NCBI GenBank assembly: GCA_964187785.1
Contig: OZ076409.1
Coordinates: 81,284,001 to 81,348,000 of the forward strand
Length of the DNA stretch: 64,000 nucleotides
Origin: Amphiscolops sp. MND2022
Lineage: Eukaryota
Direction of reading: 5' to 3'
Shown: positions 44,220 to 54,787 of the stretch, in pieces
How positions within the stretch are numbered: position 1 is the stretch's first letter
Layout: every line of letters starts with the position of its first letter
Position numbers and translations under genes: made by a program
Notes under the pieces: generated by a model
Databases searched by the model: none
Told to the model about the DNA's origin: nothing
What the model saw: only the letters and a program-made list of their open reading frames with translations

Positions 44220-47200
44220 ATGGCCCATTGCCCAAACAATTCAGCGCCTGCAACCGGGTCTAATAGTGCAAGGCCCCAGGAATCTGCGCGAGCGCAGAGG
44301 GTCAATCAGGCCCAATATGTCGAAGAAAGGCTGCGGGACGGTCTTTCGCCAGTAGCCGTAGCTGGGGTGGCCGCCCTACTGACCCAGCTTGAATCGATGC
44401 AAATGCTGCCAAATGCATCTTTGTCAATCACCACGGAGGTGGCAAGCTATCGTCGCACCTTGACGTGCACCAACAATGCCTGGGATGGGCACGACCTGAC
44501 TCACCAGTTCTTGGACGAAAGATCAATCGCAGTACATGGCCCCAGCCAGGGCACCAGATTCGAACAAGAAACATCACTGCGTATGATGCCCGTCAACGTC
44601 CCATCGCTGCCTTCCATTGCGGCACCAAATCCAGTGCAGACGACGCCGCATTCTAGCTCGATTGCTTATGGGGCACCATATGGAACACGGGCAACGACGA
44701 CGCAGAACATTACCAATCAACCTGCCTCAAGTCGGGAGCCCTCGGGGTCCCAACCGCCATCAGTGCCTAATCTAAATCTGATTGGACGGAGTCCCAGCGA
44801 GCAAGCGGTGATTGTGGCCCTGCAGGCTGTCGCCAACTACCCCAACTCCTCTGACTTCGTTCGTGCCGTTGAGCAAAGGATTCCCGGATTAACACATTAC
44901 TTGCAAGCTGCCGCTCAGCCCTCGGGCTGCGTCACCCCACCCACCACCCTAGCCGAGACTGTGTCTATGGAAGCAGAAACTACGGCTGGACCAAGCACCA
45001 GCGCCATGACCTATCCCCGTGAGGAAACTGGCCGGAAGCGACTTACTGAGGAAAATATCGTCGCTACACGCCATGATTCCGTGACCGACAGTCCGACCAG
45101 TCGTCCCCCTCCGGACAAGCGAGCAGATGTACCCCACCAGTCGCAGATGAAAAGTGTGGTGGTCGTGAGGCCTCCATATCGCGTCGGCCACCTAGGCGTA
45201 GGCGCGCCTCAGATGTCCCTGGAAGAGGCCATCAACCGCTACGGCAGTGTGGAGGCGAATCCTGAGACGAGTCCTGTGCCCTCGGGCACAGGCTCTGCCA
45301 ACATGTCCTTGGAGGTGCCCGAGACAATCGATGAGACCAATCCTCCCGCCTTTCTTCCCCCGTCCGATGATGTATCCGGCACCGTGGTGACTGGCGATAG
45401 CAAACGCATCTGGATGGCGGCAGAGTGTTTGTACCCGAACACGTGTGCGATCAGAAGGAGAGCACCGCCGTCTGACGCCGAGCAGAAAGAAGTGAGCAGA
45501 ATCACCATTGCGGCTCAGATAACTCGGTCGCTACGTGCCCGTGATGCGGACTTGAGTGAGCAAGCCTGGGAACAGCGTGCTCGAGAGCAACTGCCCGCGA
45601 CACCCAACAATTATATGGCTCGCCTGCAGCATGACCTCACCGAGCAATTTCCTGCTAGGTACATGTTGCACGAAGGGGAAACCTGGGAAGCCAACGCCCG
45701 CTATGCTCGCAACATCAAATCAATGAAGCCCCTCCTGAAAGCAGCTCTGCAGCGTGCGCGCTATTGTGTGGCAGTAGATTCGACACTCAGGAGTGATCTC
45801 CCCATCGACAACCTTCTGCCCGATGTGCTGGTATTAACAATGCCACTCTCCCGCTTCGCTGAGGTTGCCGAGATGGTCGCGGTCATGTACGACCCTAACC
45901 TGAGAGGGTCCCTAAGAGAGCCGCCCCCGCGACGTGTAGTCTTCACCAATCTGATCGACCACATGGCTTGTGAAGGGCTGCTACGCAACCTGGATGCCCT
46001 CATGGCAGATACCCGCAGACCTGGGAGTGTGGCGTCCTTAGTAAACGTGGTTGCAGACGCAATGGAGCGTGCAGCAGGGATCCTTCGGGGTCGTCTGGGA
46101 GCGCTCGCGCTCTTCGCATCCCCGCCGGGATTCATGTATTGGCAACGAAGCTTGCAGCAGTTTGTGTACATCCTGTCTGAGGTATGCAAAGCGCGCCGAA
46201 TCGAGTTTGCTATTTGCGCGCCAAATCTGCGGGTTGATCGAGGAGACCTACGCCCCGATGCATTGTCATACCCCGCCTTCTTTGCTGCCGTGTCAAGAGT
46301 ACTAATCGCTGTGGAACGATCAGGAAATGCACAACTGACTATCGACGACGCCATACTGTTCGATCATGGAATGTGTATGGGGCGAATGGCCTTCGACTTG
46401 GACGGGAATCGCGTCATGCGAGCATCCAACATGAGTGAACGAGAGGCCGTCCGACGATACAACTGGCTGGTGCGGAAGGACAAAGAAATTCCCGTACGAG
46501 CAGAGCTGGCAGAGCTCGTGAAGGAAATTGAAACCTGGCCCGCCACACGCACGGTCGAAAGGACCATTCCCCAGATTCGGTTTGCCGCGGGAATAGAACC
46601 CGTCAAGTTGCCCGTGGGCATGAGGTACGTCGTGGCTATAGAGGCGACCAACTTGAAGGCTGAAGTAGATGCCGCCGGAATAACGTATGCCGAATGGTAT
46701 CAGTACAGATTCGTGGACAGGACCCTGGCCGAGGTAGCTCAAGAGCTTAACTGTCCCTTGGAAGCCTTTTGTACCAGTCTCGGACTAGGCTGGAACATCG
46801 ACGTAATAGCCTCTGAGTACTTGCTAACCAATGCGCAGACCGACAAATTGTTGGAAACCATCGGCGAAGCTACTGTAGGAGAGATGTTAGCGCTCGCGCT
46901 AGCCATGGGCCCGACGAAGTTTGTGGCAGGTCCCCTTGCTATGTTAGTCGAGTTGGTAGTGTCCAGTGATCTAGTCACCTTCTACAGCTACCTGATCCTC
47001 GCCCAGGGACAACTACGCAGCCTAACTCGATGGGGACACCTCCTAAATTCCAAGGACCAGCAAGATTATGTCGCCCAGCTGGAACGCATGCGTGCGTCCC
47101 TCCAACATTGGTTGTACTCCACCCTAGTGTTCGCCTCTGGCTTGTTCGTAGGCGTGGATCAATCGCAACCCCTCCACCATTCCGAGCGTCAACTCCCTGC

Positions 47201-48500
47201 GGAAACGGCGGGATTCCCCATGCCCCAGCAAATCGCCGATTTGACTCTGGCCGAAGTGGAGGACTTCGTGGCCGTTATGGCTTCCGTCCTGGCTCCAATC
47301 TTCGGTGCGGTCGGTGTGTGCCGGTATCCCACCAAACCACTGGCGAGAACAGTACAGGTGCATATGGTCTCCTTCTGCACCTATCTCCAAGGACGGCCCC
47401 CACTGACCTATCAGCGAATCGTGCAGGCTGTATTGAGTGGCGAGATGCCGCACGGGTACACCACCTTGAAGTCGGAGAAACAACTAGAAGAGAATTTGAT
47501 GGGTCTGTTGCGTGCCCGCACACGAAAGGCGTGCCCTTTGCCACGAGAATACGGCCCAGTCAACTGGTACTCCGCACCTCTCAGCCTGAATGGAGTCCCC
47601 TTTAGATTCCCCTGGTCGCAGGAGTTCATACGCAAGGTGATCCGTGCCAGCACTAGTGCTGGTCCACCCGTAGATCCCCTGTACGCCTTCAAATGCATCA
47701 CTTTCCCAAATCACTACTGGAAGGAGCCACTGGGATGGCCTAGAGCAAAACCCGTTGGTCGCGCCCCTGAAGCCTTCAATCGACAAATCCAGTATATGGA
47801 ATTGGCTCAAATCCAAAACTGGATTGAAGGAGCAGCTCAGACTCGTCAGAGGAACCTGCAGAGCCGTGTGACGCCGTTCCCAAGAAAAGCTGCCTGGCGA
47901 CCGCAAGCCAAGATGACAATGTCAGGGGATATGTCCATCGTCCAACACGATGAGATTAATTCTGTGCTAGGCTCTGAAGCCCGCGTAGAGTGGGAAGGAC
48001 ATTGTTTGGAGCTGGAAATTGCCAGCTTCCCCAAATGGAAGCGAGCTTGCGAGCTCTGGAGTCAGCCTGGCTGGGTCTCCAAGCGGATATCCTTGGCCGT
48101 GGAGAGTAGAGCTGAACTCGAGAGACAACAGGCGTTCGCGCCTACCATGCTGGCACCCACAATGGCCATGTCACTAAGTCAGCCCATCGACCGGCCCGTG
48201 ACTCTGGATTTGCCCACTCACATCCTGCAGGCAGAGCCTGTGAGTCCACCATCGACACAAGCCAGTCCTCAGTCATCGCAACCCCAGACCGGAGAACACG
48301 ACGCTGAATTGACCCCCAGCACTATCCTGGTGCAACCAATCGCCGATTTAATGCTCCCAGAGGACCTGTCAGACTCGGAAACAGTAGTGACTGTGGTTCC
48401 TGCTCAACGTAGGGCGTCAATTGCGTCGGAAGATGCCAGCAATCCAGGAACTCCCGATGATGCCATAAAGACTCGAACTCGACGCAGCTCAGCCCAATGA
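44220..48500 (+). CDS. ORF3, 1426 aa, non-env accessory protein with SGNH-fold-like domain
   Basis: Intact ATG ORF between pol and the 3' LTR; no signal peptide or C-terminal TM anchor seen. The central domain shows degenerate SGNH blocks. Confidence 0.85.
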   Translation: MAHCPNNSAPATGSNSARPQESARAQRVNQAQYVEERLRDGLSPVAVAGVAALLTQLESMQMLPNASLSITTEVASYRRTLTCTNNAWDGHDLTHQFLDERSIAVHGPSQGTRFEQETSLRMMPVNVPSLPSIAAPNPVQTTPHSSSIAYGAPYGTRATTTQNITNQPASSREPSGSQPPSVPNLNLIGRSPSEQAVIVALQAVANYPNSSDFVRAVEQRIPGLTHYLQAAAQPSGCVTPPTTLAETVSMEAETTAGPSTSAMTYPREETGRKRLTEENIVATRHDSVTDSPTSRPPPDKRADVPHQSQMKSVVVVRPPYRVGHLGVGAPQMSLEEAINRYGSVEANPETSPVPSGTGSANMSLEVPETIDETNPPAFLPPSDDVSGTVVTGDSKRIWMAAECLYPNTCAIRRRAPPSDAEQKEVSRITIAAQITRSLRARDADLSEQAWEQRAREQLPATPNNYMARLQHDLTEQFPARYMLHEGETWEANARYARNIKSMKPLLKAALQRARYCVAVDSTLRSDLPIDNLLPDVLVLTMPLSRFAEVAEMVAVMYDPNLRGSLREPPPRRVVFTNLIDHMACEGLLRNLDALMADTRRPGSVASLVNVVADAMERAAGILRGRLGALALFASPPGFMYWQRSLQQFVYILSEVCKARRIEFAICAPNLRVDRGDLRPDALSYPAFFAAVSRVLIAVERSGNAQLTIDDAILFDHGMCMGRMAFDLDGNRVMRASNMSEREAVRRYNWLVRKDKEIPVRAELAELVKEIETWPATRTVERTIPQIRFAAGIEPVKLPVGMRYVVAIEATNLKAEVDAAGITYAEWYQYRFVDRTLAEVAQELNCPLEAFCTSLGLGWNIDVIASEYLLTNAQTDKLLETIGEATVGEMLALALAMGPTKFVAGPLAMLVELVVSSDLVTFYSYLILAQGQLRSLTRWGHLLNSKDQQDYVAQLERMRASLQHWLYSTLVFASGLFVGVDQSQPLHHSERQLPAETAGFPMPQQIADLTLAEVEDFVAVMASVLAPIFGAVGVCRYPTKPLARTVQVHMVSFCTYLQGRPPLTYQRIVQAVLSGEMPHGYTTLKSEKQLEENLMGLLRARTRKACPLPREYGPVNWYSAPLSLNGVPFRFPWSQEFIRKVIRASTSAGPPVDPLYAFKCITFPNHYWKEPLGWPRAKPVGRAPEAFNRQIQYMELAQIQNWIEGAAQTRQRNLQSRVTPFPRKAAWRPQAKMTMSGDMSIVQHDEINSVLGSEARVEWEGHCLELEIASFPKWKRACELWSQPGWVSKRISLAVESRAELERQQAFAPTMLAPTMAMSLSQPIDRPVTLDLPTHILQAEPVSPPSTQASPQSSQPQTGEHDAELTPSTILVQPIADLMLPEDLSDSETVVTVVPAQRRASIASEDASNPGTPDDAIKTRTRRSSAQ

Positions 48501-49249
48501 ACCCTGCCGCTAATGGGAGCGTTCGCGCTCCCTATAGACTCTAAACTCTACCGAAACTGTGCCTTCAAACTTATCGCTTTAGCCGGTGCTACCCTTACAT
48601 GGTGCAATTTTTTGTTCATAGTTATTACTTAGTTATTGTACTGTTAGTAATGCGCTGGGTGTACGGTCAATAGAGTGCACCTGCCCCAGCTGCTTCGCCT
48701 ACAAAGTAAAAAAGAATCTATTACCAAAGAAAAACTGTTATTTCTGTTGCGCACCGTTCGCGGTGTTTTTGAGTTGCCATGGTCTAGAAAAAGTCTTAGC
48801 CTTTTAGTTACGATTTTTGCCGTTTTTCCTTGTGTTTTGGTGCTCAAGCACCTTCTATCGACTGTCTAAGGAGTAGCCGAAGCGGCGCCCTCCCAAAAGA
48901 AGTTTTATTTTGTCCGAAATTGATCGAAAACTGTAAATGTCAAGTTGCACAAAAAAGGAAATTTTAGCTGACCTTGGTCGCAAAAGAATTTTTAGCGAAA
49001 ACTGCTTGCCCAAACGAGTTTTAACCGACTGAAAACCTTAGCTCTCGAGCTGGTGCTAAAACCTCGTTTGCACTTTTTGTAAAAATACTAGGCAGTAAAA
49101 TTTTCTTTGAAAAAAACAGCGAAATTTGTCAAAATAGTTGCTGAAAAACAAGGACTCGTCCTTGTCCCCTGTGGTGTGGATGATGATCCCCAGCAGTCTC
49201 AGCGATGCCGTTTCCAGACGAGGCCAGATGCCGCTTGCCAGGGACGACA

Positions 49250-49270
49250 AGCCAGAAGCCCGGGGAGTGA
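49250..49270 (+). promoter_or_regulatory. Polypurine tract
   Basis: Purine-rich agccagaagcccggggagtga abutting the TG of the 3' LTR. Confidence 0.7.
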
Positions 49271-49992
49271 TGTAACGGCAACTGCCCATGTCAAAATTTT
49301 CGAAGCAAAAATTCGTTCAAATCTGACGTGGCACTCAAACATGCTCCAGACGAAAGACCTGTCAAAAAAGCAGATCAGAAATCAGAAATCGCCCCCGCGA
49401 GAGAGGACAAAAAGAGAAGACGTAAAAAAACAGTCCCTAGAACACGGTGAAGTGCCCATCTTTGGTCTTTGGCGTTTACACTACATAGGTAACAGAAACC
49501 GGTGTTCCAGATGCTCGCCTGAAGATCCTGCGGCGTCCTGTGCGGTGACGAGCGCTAGCGCTGGGAAGCCATGGTCAATTCGCTCCTGCTAAAAACTCAA
49601 ACTTCTGATATTGTTGTGCTTATTGTGCTTTCCTTGTTGTAGTAGATTGATATGCTCGAGAGCTGCCCATTTACACCTATGGTTACTCCCTTTTGATGTC
49701 GATTTTATCAGATTCTCCAATATTATGGCTCAACATCCTCCTGTTTTCAGCCCCCTTTTTTAAAGGCTAATTGAGCAGTGGTCTTGAGACATGCAAGATG
49801 CCCGTTACTTTTAGCAGTTACAGACTAGGACCAGGCCAGAGAGTTTCCAACAAGACGGTTCCCCCACCTTGGGACTGGCTCCTTCGGAGGGAAAATGAGC
49901 TAGGACCGCGGAGATCTAGGTCCCAGATTATATTCGCTGTTCTAGTTCCTCCATTCTACGTTGCGGTTCAAGCGCCAGCGCTTATCGTTACA
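49271..49992 (+). repeat. 3' LTR
   Basis: 722-bp copy of the 5' LTR. Confidence 0.97.
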
Positions 49993-50319
49993 CAGTGAAC
50001 TCATAAATTTTTATCTCAGGAAATACTATATCACTGATTGCAGAGCTGATAGCCCTATTGATCTGAGAGTGCATCGTGGACACTAGGAACTCCATTTCTT
50101 GGGAAAGTCTCATGTTTATTTCGTTTGAAAAGATTTCCATTGACTCCATTAGTCTATCGTGTCGGGAATTTAACTTTAAGCGAAAAAGCCCTAATCTGTT
50201 TTTTTTTGTGATGAAATTCCTCTAATATTGGAAAGAGCCTCAGTGTCAGTAAATCTGACTGAGCCTTTGATATTAGGTAAATTAGCTAACTCTTGCTCGA
50301 CGTGATTTGAATTCTCATC

Positions 50320-50413
50320 TCATAACACTACGTCCAAGTTCTCAAAGTCGGACAACAATTCCAACTCTCTGGACCTTCTCGCCTTTGCTTTCTGTCTTCT
50401 AGTGTAAGGAATG
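50320..50413 (-). pseudogene. Truncated paralogue of the 29153 ORF N-terminus
   Basis: IPYTRRQKAKARRSRELELLSDFENLDVVL versus MPSTRKQKAKEKRLRQSDVMSDLENVDMML. Confidence 0.75.
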
Positions 50414-50758
50414 AAAATTAAACAGTAGAGTAATAGTATATTTCCTGAAATCGAAGTTTTTTGTTTCAACTTTGTTGTATCAAAGCTGTAACCAAGTGTG
50501 TCAAATACTTCTGGGTGCATTATTAATACCCCAGGAATGATATCCAATATTCTGGGAATCATGGTCCTAAACAAAGTTACATGGTCCTTAACATCTAAAA
50601 ACAGCACTACGGCGGAATGGGCACTCTGGGGAATAAACTTCAAAGCTAGTCGGCAACAAATTTGTATATATGGCCGACTTACTAATTCGTCCTAGTAGGC
50701 TGCATCTACATACCGTCAAACAATACACATGTATTTCATCAACAGAAGAATCTATATA

Positions 50759-50812
50759 TGCATATATGCGCATGGTCTGCTGGAATTCCAGCAGACCATG
50801 CGCATATATGCA
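50759..50812. repeat. Perfect 54-bp palindrome
   Basis: tgcatatatgcgcatggtctgctggaa|ttccagcagaccatgcgcatatatgca, no spacer. Confidence 0.95.
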
Positions 50813-50992
50813 CGCTTATATGCACCATGCGCATATATGACTTTTAAAAGGTCCAACGACCTGCCTGTCCAAATTTATTTGGGACAAGCATCAAGAATGC
50901 TGGGGTTTCCTTTTAAATAGTAACGAATTGAGAATTCCGGTTATAATTATCAATAGCAAATCAAGCAACATGTTTCATGTTAAGATACCTTG

Positions 50993-52676
50993 GAACGAAA
51001 TTATTCAAAAATCAAAACAGGCCTCAACCAACCAATTGCCCTAAATTTCCGTCTCAATGAGGGACTTGGGAACGAATGAGGGAATGAATGAGCGAACGAA
51101 TTTATTCAAAAATCAAAACAGGCCTCAACCAACCAATTGCCCTAAATTTCCGTCTCAATGAGGGACTTGGGAACGAATGAGGGAATGAATGAGCGAACGA
51201 ATTTATTCAAAAATCAAAACAGGCCTCAACCAACCAATTGCCCTAAATTTCCGTCCCAATGAGGGACTTGGGAACGAATGAGGGAATGAATGAGCGAACG
51301 AATTTATTCAAAAATCAAAACAGGCCTCAACCAATTGCCCTAAATTTCCGTCTCAATGAGGGACTTGGGAACGAATGAGGGAATGAATGAGCGAACGAAT
51401 TTATTCAAAAATCAAAACAGGCCTCAACCAACCAATTGCCCTAAATTTCCGTCTCAATGAGGGACTTGGGAACGAATGAGGGAATGAATGAGCGAACGAA
51501 TTTATTCAAAAATCAAAACAGGCCTCAACCAACCAATTGCCCTAAATTTCCGTCCCAATGAGGGACTTGGGAACGAATGAGGGAATGAATGAGCGAACGA
51601 ATTTATTCAAAAATCAAAACAGGCCTCAACCAACCAATTGCCCTAAATTTCCGTCCCAATGAGGGACTTGGGAACGAATGAGGGAATGAATGAGCGAACG
51701 AATTTATTCAAAAATCAAAACAGGCCTCAACCAACCAATTGCCCTAAATTTCCGTCTCAATGAGGGACTTGGGAACGAATGAGGGAATGAATGAGCGAAC
51801 GAATTTATTCAAAAATCAAAACAGGCCTCAACCAACCAATTGCCCTAAATTTCCGTCTCAATGAGGGACTTGGGAACGAATGAGGGAATGAATGAGCGAA
51901 CGAATTTATTCAAAAATCAAAACAGGCCTCAACCAACCAATTGCCCTAAATTTCCGTCCCAATGAGGGACTTGGGAACGAATGAGGGAATGAATGAGCGA
52001 ACGAATTTATTCAAAAATCAAAACAGGCCTCAACCAACCAATTGCCCTAAATTTCCGTCTCAATGAGGGACTTGGGAACGAATGAGGGAATGAATGAGCG
52101 AACGAATTTATTCAAAAATCAAAACAGGCCTCAACCAACCAATTGCCCTAAATTTCCGTCTCAATGAGGGACTTGGGAACGAATGAGGGAATGAATGAGC
52201 GAACGAATTTATTCAAAAATCAAAACAGGCCTCAACCAACCAATTGCCCTAAATTTCCGTCTCAATGAGGGACTTGGGAACGAATGAGGGAATGAATGAG
52301 CGAACGAATTTATTCAAAAATCAAAACAGGCCTCAACCAACCAATTGCCCTAAATTTCCGTCTCAATGAGGGACTTGGGAACGAATGAGGGAATGAATGA
52401 GCGAACGAATTTATTCAAAAATCAAAACAGGCCTCAACCAACCAATTGCCCTAAATTTCCGTCTCAATGAGGGACTTGGGAACGAATGAGGGAATGAATG
52501 AGCGAACGAATTTATTCAAAAATCAAAACAGGCCTCAACCAACCAATTGCCCTAAATTTCCGTCCCAATGAGGGACTTGGGAACGAATGAGGGAATGAAT
52601 GAGCGAACGAATTTATTCAAAAATCAAAACAGGCCTCAACCAACCAATTGCCCTAAATTTCCGTCCCAATGAGGGA
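50993..52676. repeat. Tandem array, 101-bp unit, ~16.6 copies
   Basis: Unit starts at 51001, 51102, 51203, 51304, 51401 (the fourth unit has a 4-bp deletion) and so on to 52613; one C/T variable site. Confidence 0.97.
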
Positions 52677-52829
52677 GTTGTCCGTCCTCGGGTTCAATTA
52701 AATGCACTAGAAAATACATCACCGCGTTACTAAATAAGCGCCTTTGATTTGCTAAAACAGTTTTGGACGGCATTTGAACACGTTTACTTCTCGTGTGGAC
52801 GTTTTGTCGATTTGTCGCTAGCAACGTAA

Positions 52830-54300
52830 TGTAACGGTCACCTGTACGATCCAAATACCGTTATGTTGCCACTGACGAAATTTGGAAAGTTCTAATTCAA
52901 TGTTTGACATTTTATTGTTTTTTCTGTTTCTTCAAAACTGGAAGATACTTCGAAAACAAAGGACAGCTGCCATCACAGACAATAGAGACGGAAACCTCTG
53001 AAAATAGACTTTTTCACAGATGCTAACACCAGGATTTTTTTTCAGCAGTATGCTACCTTAAGTAGTGAAAAAACCGCAAATATGAGTCTTTTTGTACAAA
53101 TCATAAATCTGTGCCTGTGATGCCCCCACTTAGGAGCTGAATGTGGATATGTTCAAACATTTGTTGTGGGCGAGATTGATGTACATTTTTGTGAGTTCAC
53201 TTTGGCAAATTCAGATGTTATTCCGCAGTAATAGATGTTTTTCCGCAAGTTACACTGAGAGACATAAACTTAAATAATTTCTTCTTGGAACGCTTTTAAA
53301 GGCTATCTGAGCGGTGATTCCGAAGAAATGCGTGTTTCACGTTACTGGCAGCCATAATTATCTCGATCAGGCTAGCGAACGCTCCTTAGAGACGGAATCG
53401 CCCTCCTGACTAGACTGTTTTTACATCAGGATGCAAATGGCTGTAGAGGGCATGGACCGGTGTCATATGTTCCTTGAACGTCTCTCTAATTGCCGAAGAA
53501 GCAACGGTGACATCTTGCCGTTACAAGGAGTCGAATCAGTTTTTAGCGACCACAGAGGGATCGCTTCGAATCTTTCCCTCAAGGGTTTCAAAAGATACGA
53601 CCCTCTGGTGATTAACGCCAAGTATGACCGGACCCCGTCACGAAATGGAAACCCGGAACTTTTCCACAGTTGTTGTCACATATGTAAGTCATTTGAGTCT
53701 TTACCCCTGGTTTTTTACGATATTTTCTTGAACATGCTCTACATAAGTGACTTTCGGCAGGTACATGTGAAGTCTTCTTAGTCTTCTCAACGGGTCACTC
53801 GATATTGGTCGAGCGTGCCGCTATTAGTTTCAACATGTGTTTTACAGCCTTCTTGGCTTTTCTGCCAATGCAAGCGAGTATTGGAAGACGGACGAACCTT
53901 GCTCGTACGAAACAAACAAAATTCCAAAACGAGTGTTTCGAACTCCTATTTCTAGTGGAGACGTCCTAGAGGAATGTTTTCGGTGGAATTTTGAAGCAAG
54001 TGTTGACGTTGCTGACGGTCTAAACTGTTTGTCTTGGGCTCGTGTGGATGCTGAGAAAACAACGGCGCATGTACCACCCCTCACACCTGAAGTATCGACT
54101 TTTTGGAGTATTGTGTGAAAAAAAATTTCGATTACGTTTTTTTTCGTGATGAATTGTTTGGTATTGCTCGTTTTCCTTGTTGCAACAACCTTTGGGTTAA
54201 AATTTAAGCCGAGTGACCAAATGCATTAGGTCAAATATCATTAGGCCAAGTGACTTTTACCAAAGAGCCGGTAGCTTTTTAAAGCAAGGTATCAGTGGCT
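52830..54300 (+). mobile_element. Degenerate relative of the giant Gypsy element: 5' LTR (52830-53525), PBS and start of 5' UTR
   Basis: TGTAACGG...CCGTTACA (696 bp). tagcgaccacagagggatcg at 53544 matches 31811, and 53940-54080 matches 32255-32400. Right end approximate. Confidence 0.8.
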
Positions 54301-54587
54301 CTACAAATCAGGTATGCGGAATGTGTTCTGGGAACTGTGGGCGACAATGATGCTTTCGAAGATTTGTTTCACTTATAGTTCTCTGCAACTCGACGATCAG
54401 CGTGTGTTGTTATTTCCTATAATTCTGATTCTGTCGATCTTTTGGGATAGTGGCTAGCATGAGTAGAAGTAGTAGTGCTTCATCGTTTTTTTTTCGTTTC
54501 CACACGTTTGCAGACAACTGGTGACTGTCATACCCTTCATCATGATGACCTACACGGCACCAGATTCATGACGACGATATATGTCAT

Positions 54588-54787
54588 NNNNNNNNNNNNN
54601 NNNNNNNNNNNNNNNNNNNNNNNNNNNNNNNNNNNNNNNNNNNNNNNNNNNNNNNNNNNNNNNNNNNNNNNNNNNNNNNNNNNNNNNNNNNNNNNNNNNN
54701 NNNNNNNNNNNNNNNNNNNNNNNNNNNNNNNNNNNNNNNNNNNNNNNNNNNNNNNNNNNNNNNNNNNNNNNNNNNNNNNNNNNNNNN
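54588..54787. other. Assembly gap (200 N)
   Basis: Run of N; true contiguity across it is unknown. Confidence 1.

Larger units (their letters stand above)
31074..49992 (+). mobile_element. Giant Ty3/Gypsy LTR retrotransposon, 18,919 bp
   Basis: Two 722-bp LTRs, PBS, PPT, gag-PR-RT-RNaseH-IN order, and an extra ORF3. Confidence 0.97.

Noticed and set aside
34352..48034. Antisense and overlapping ORFs within gag, pol and ORF3
   Set aside because: All are under 200 aa with no motifs, as expected for shadow ORFs of GC-richer coding sequence.
44220..48500. Envelope glycoprotein
   Set aside because: No signal peptide, no C-terminal transmembrane anchor and no Cys-rich ectodomain pattern seen.
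50993..52676. CRISPR-like array
   Set aside because: Units are directly adjacent near-identical 101-mers with no unique spacers, no cas genes are present, and the context is eukaryotic.
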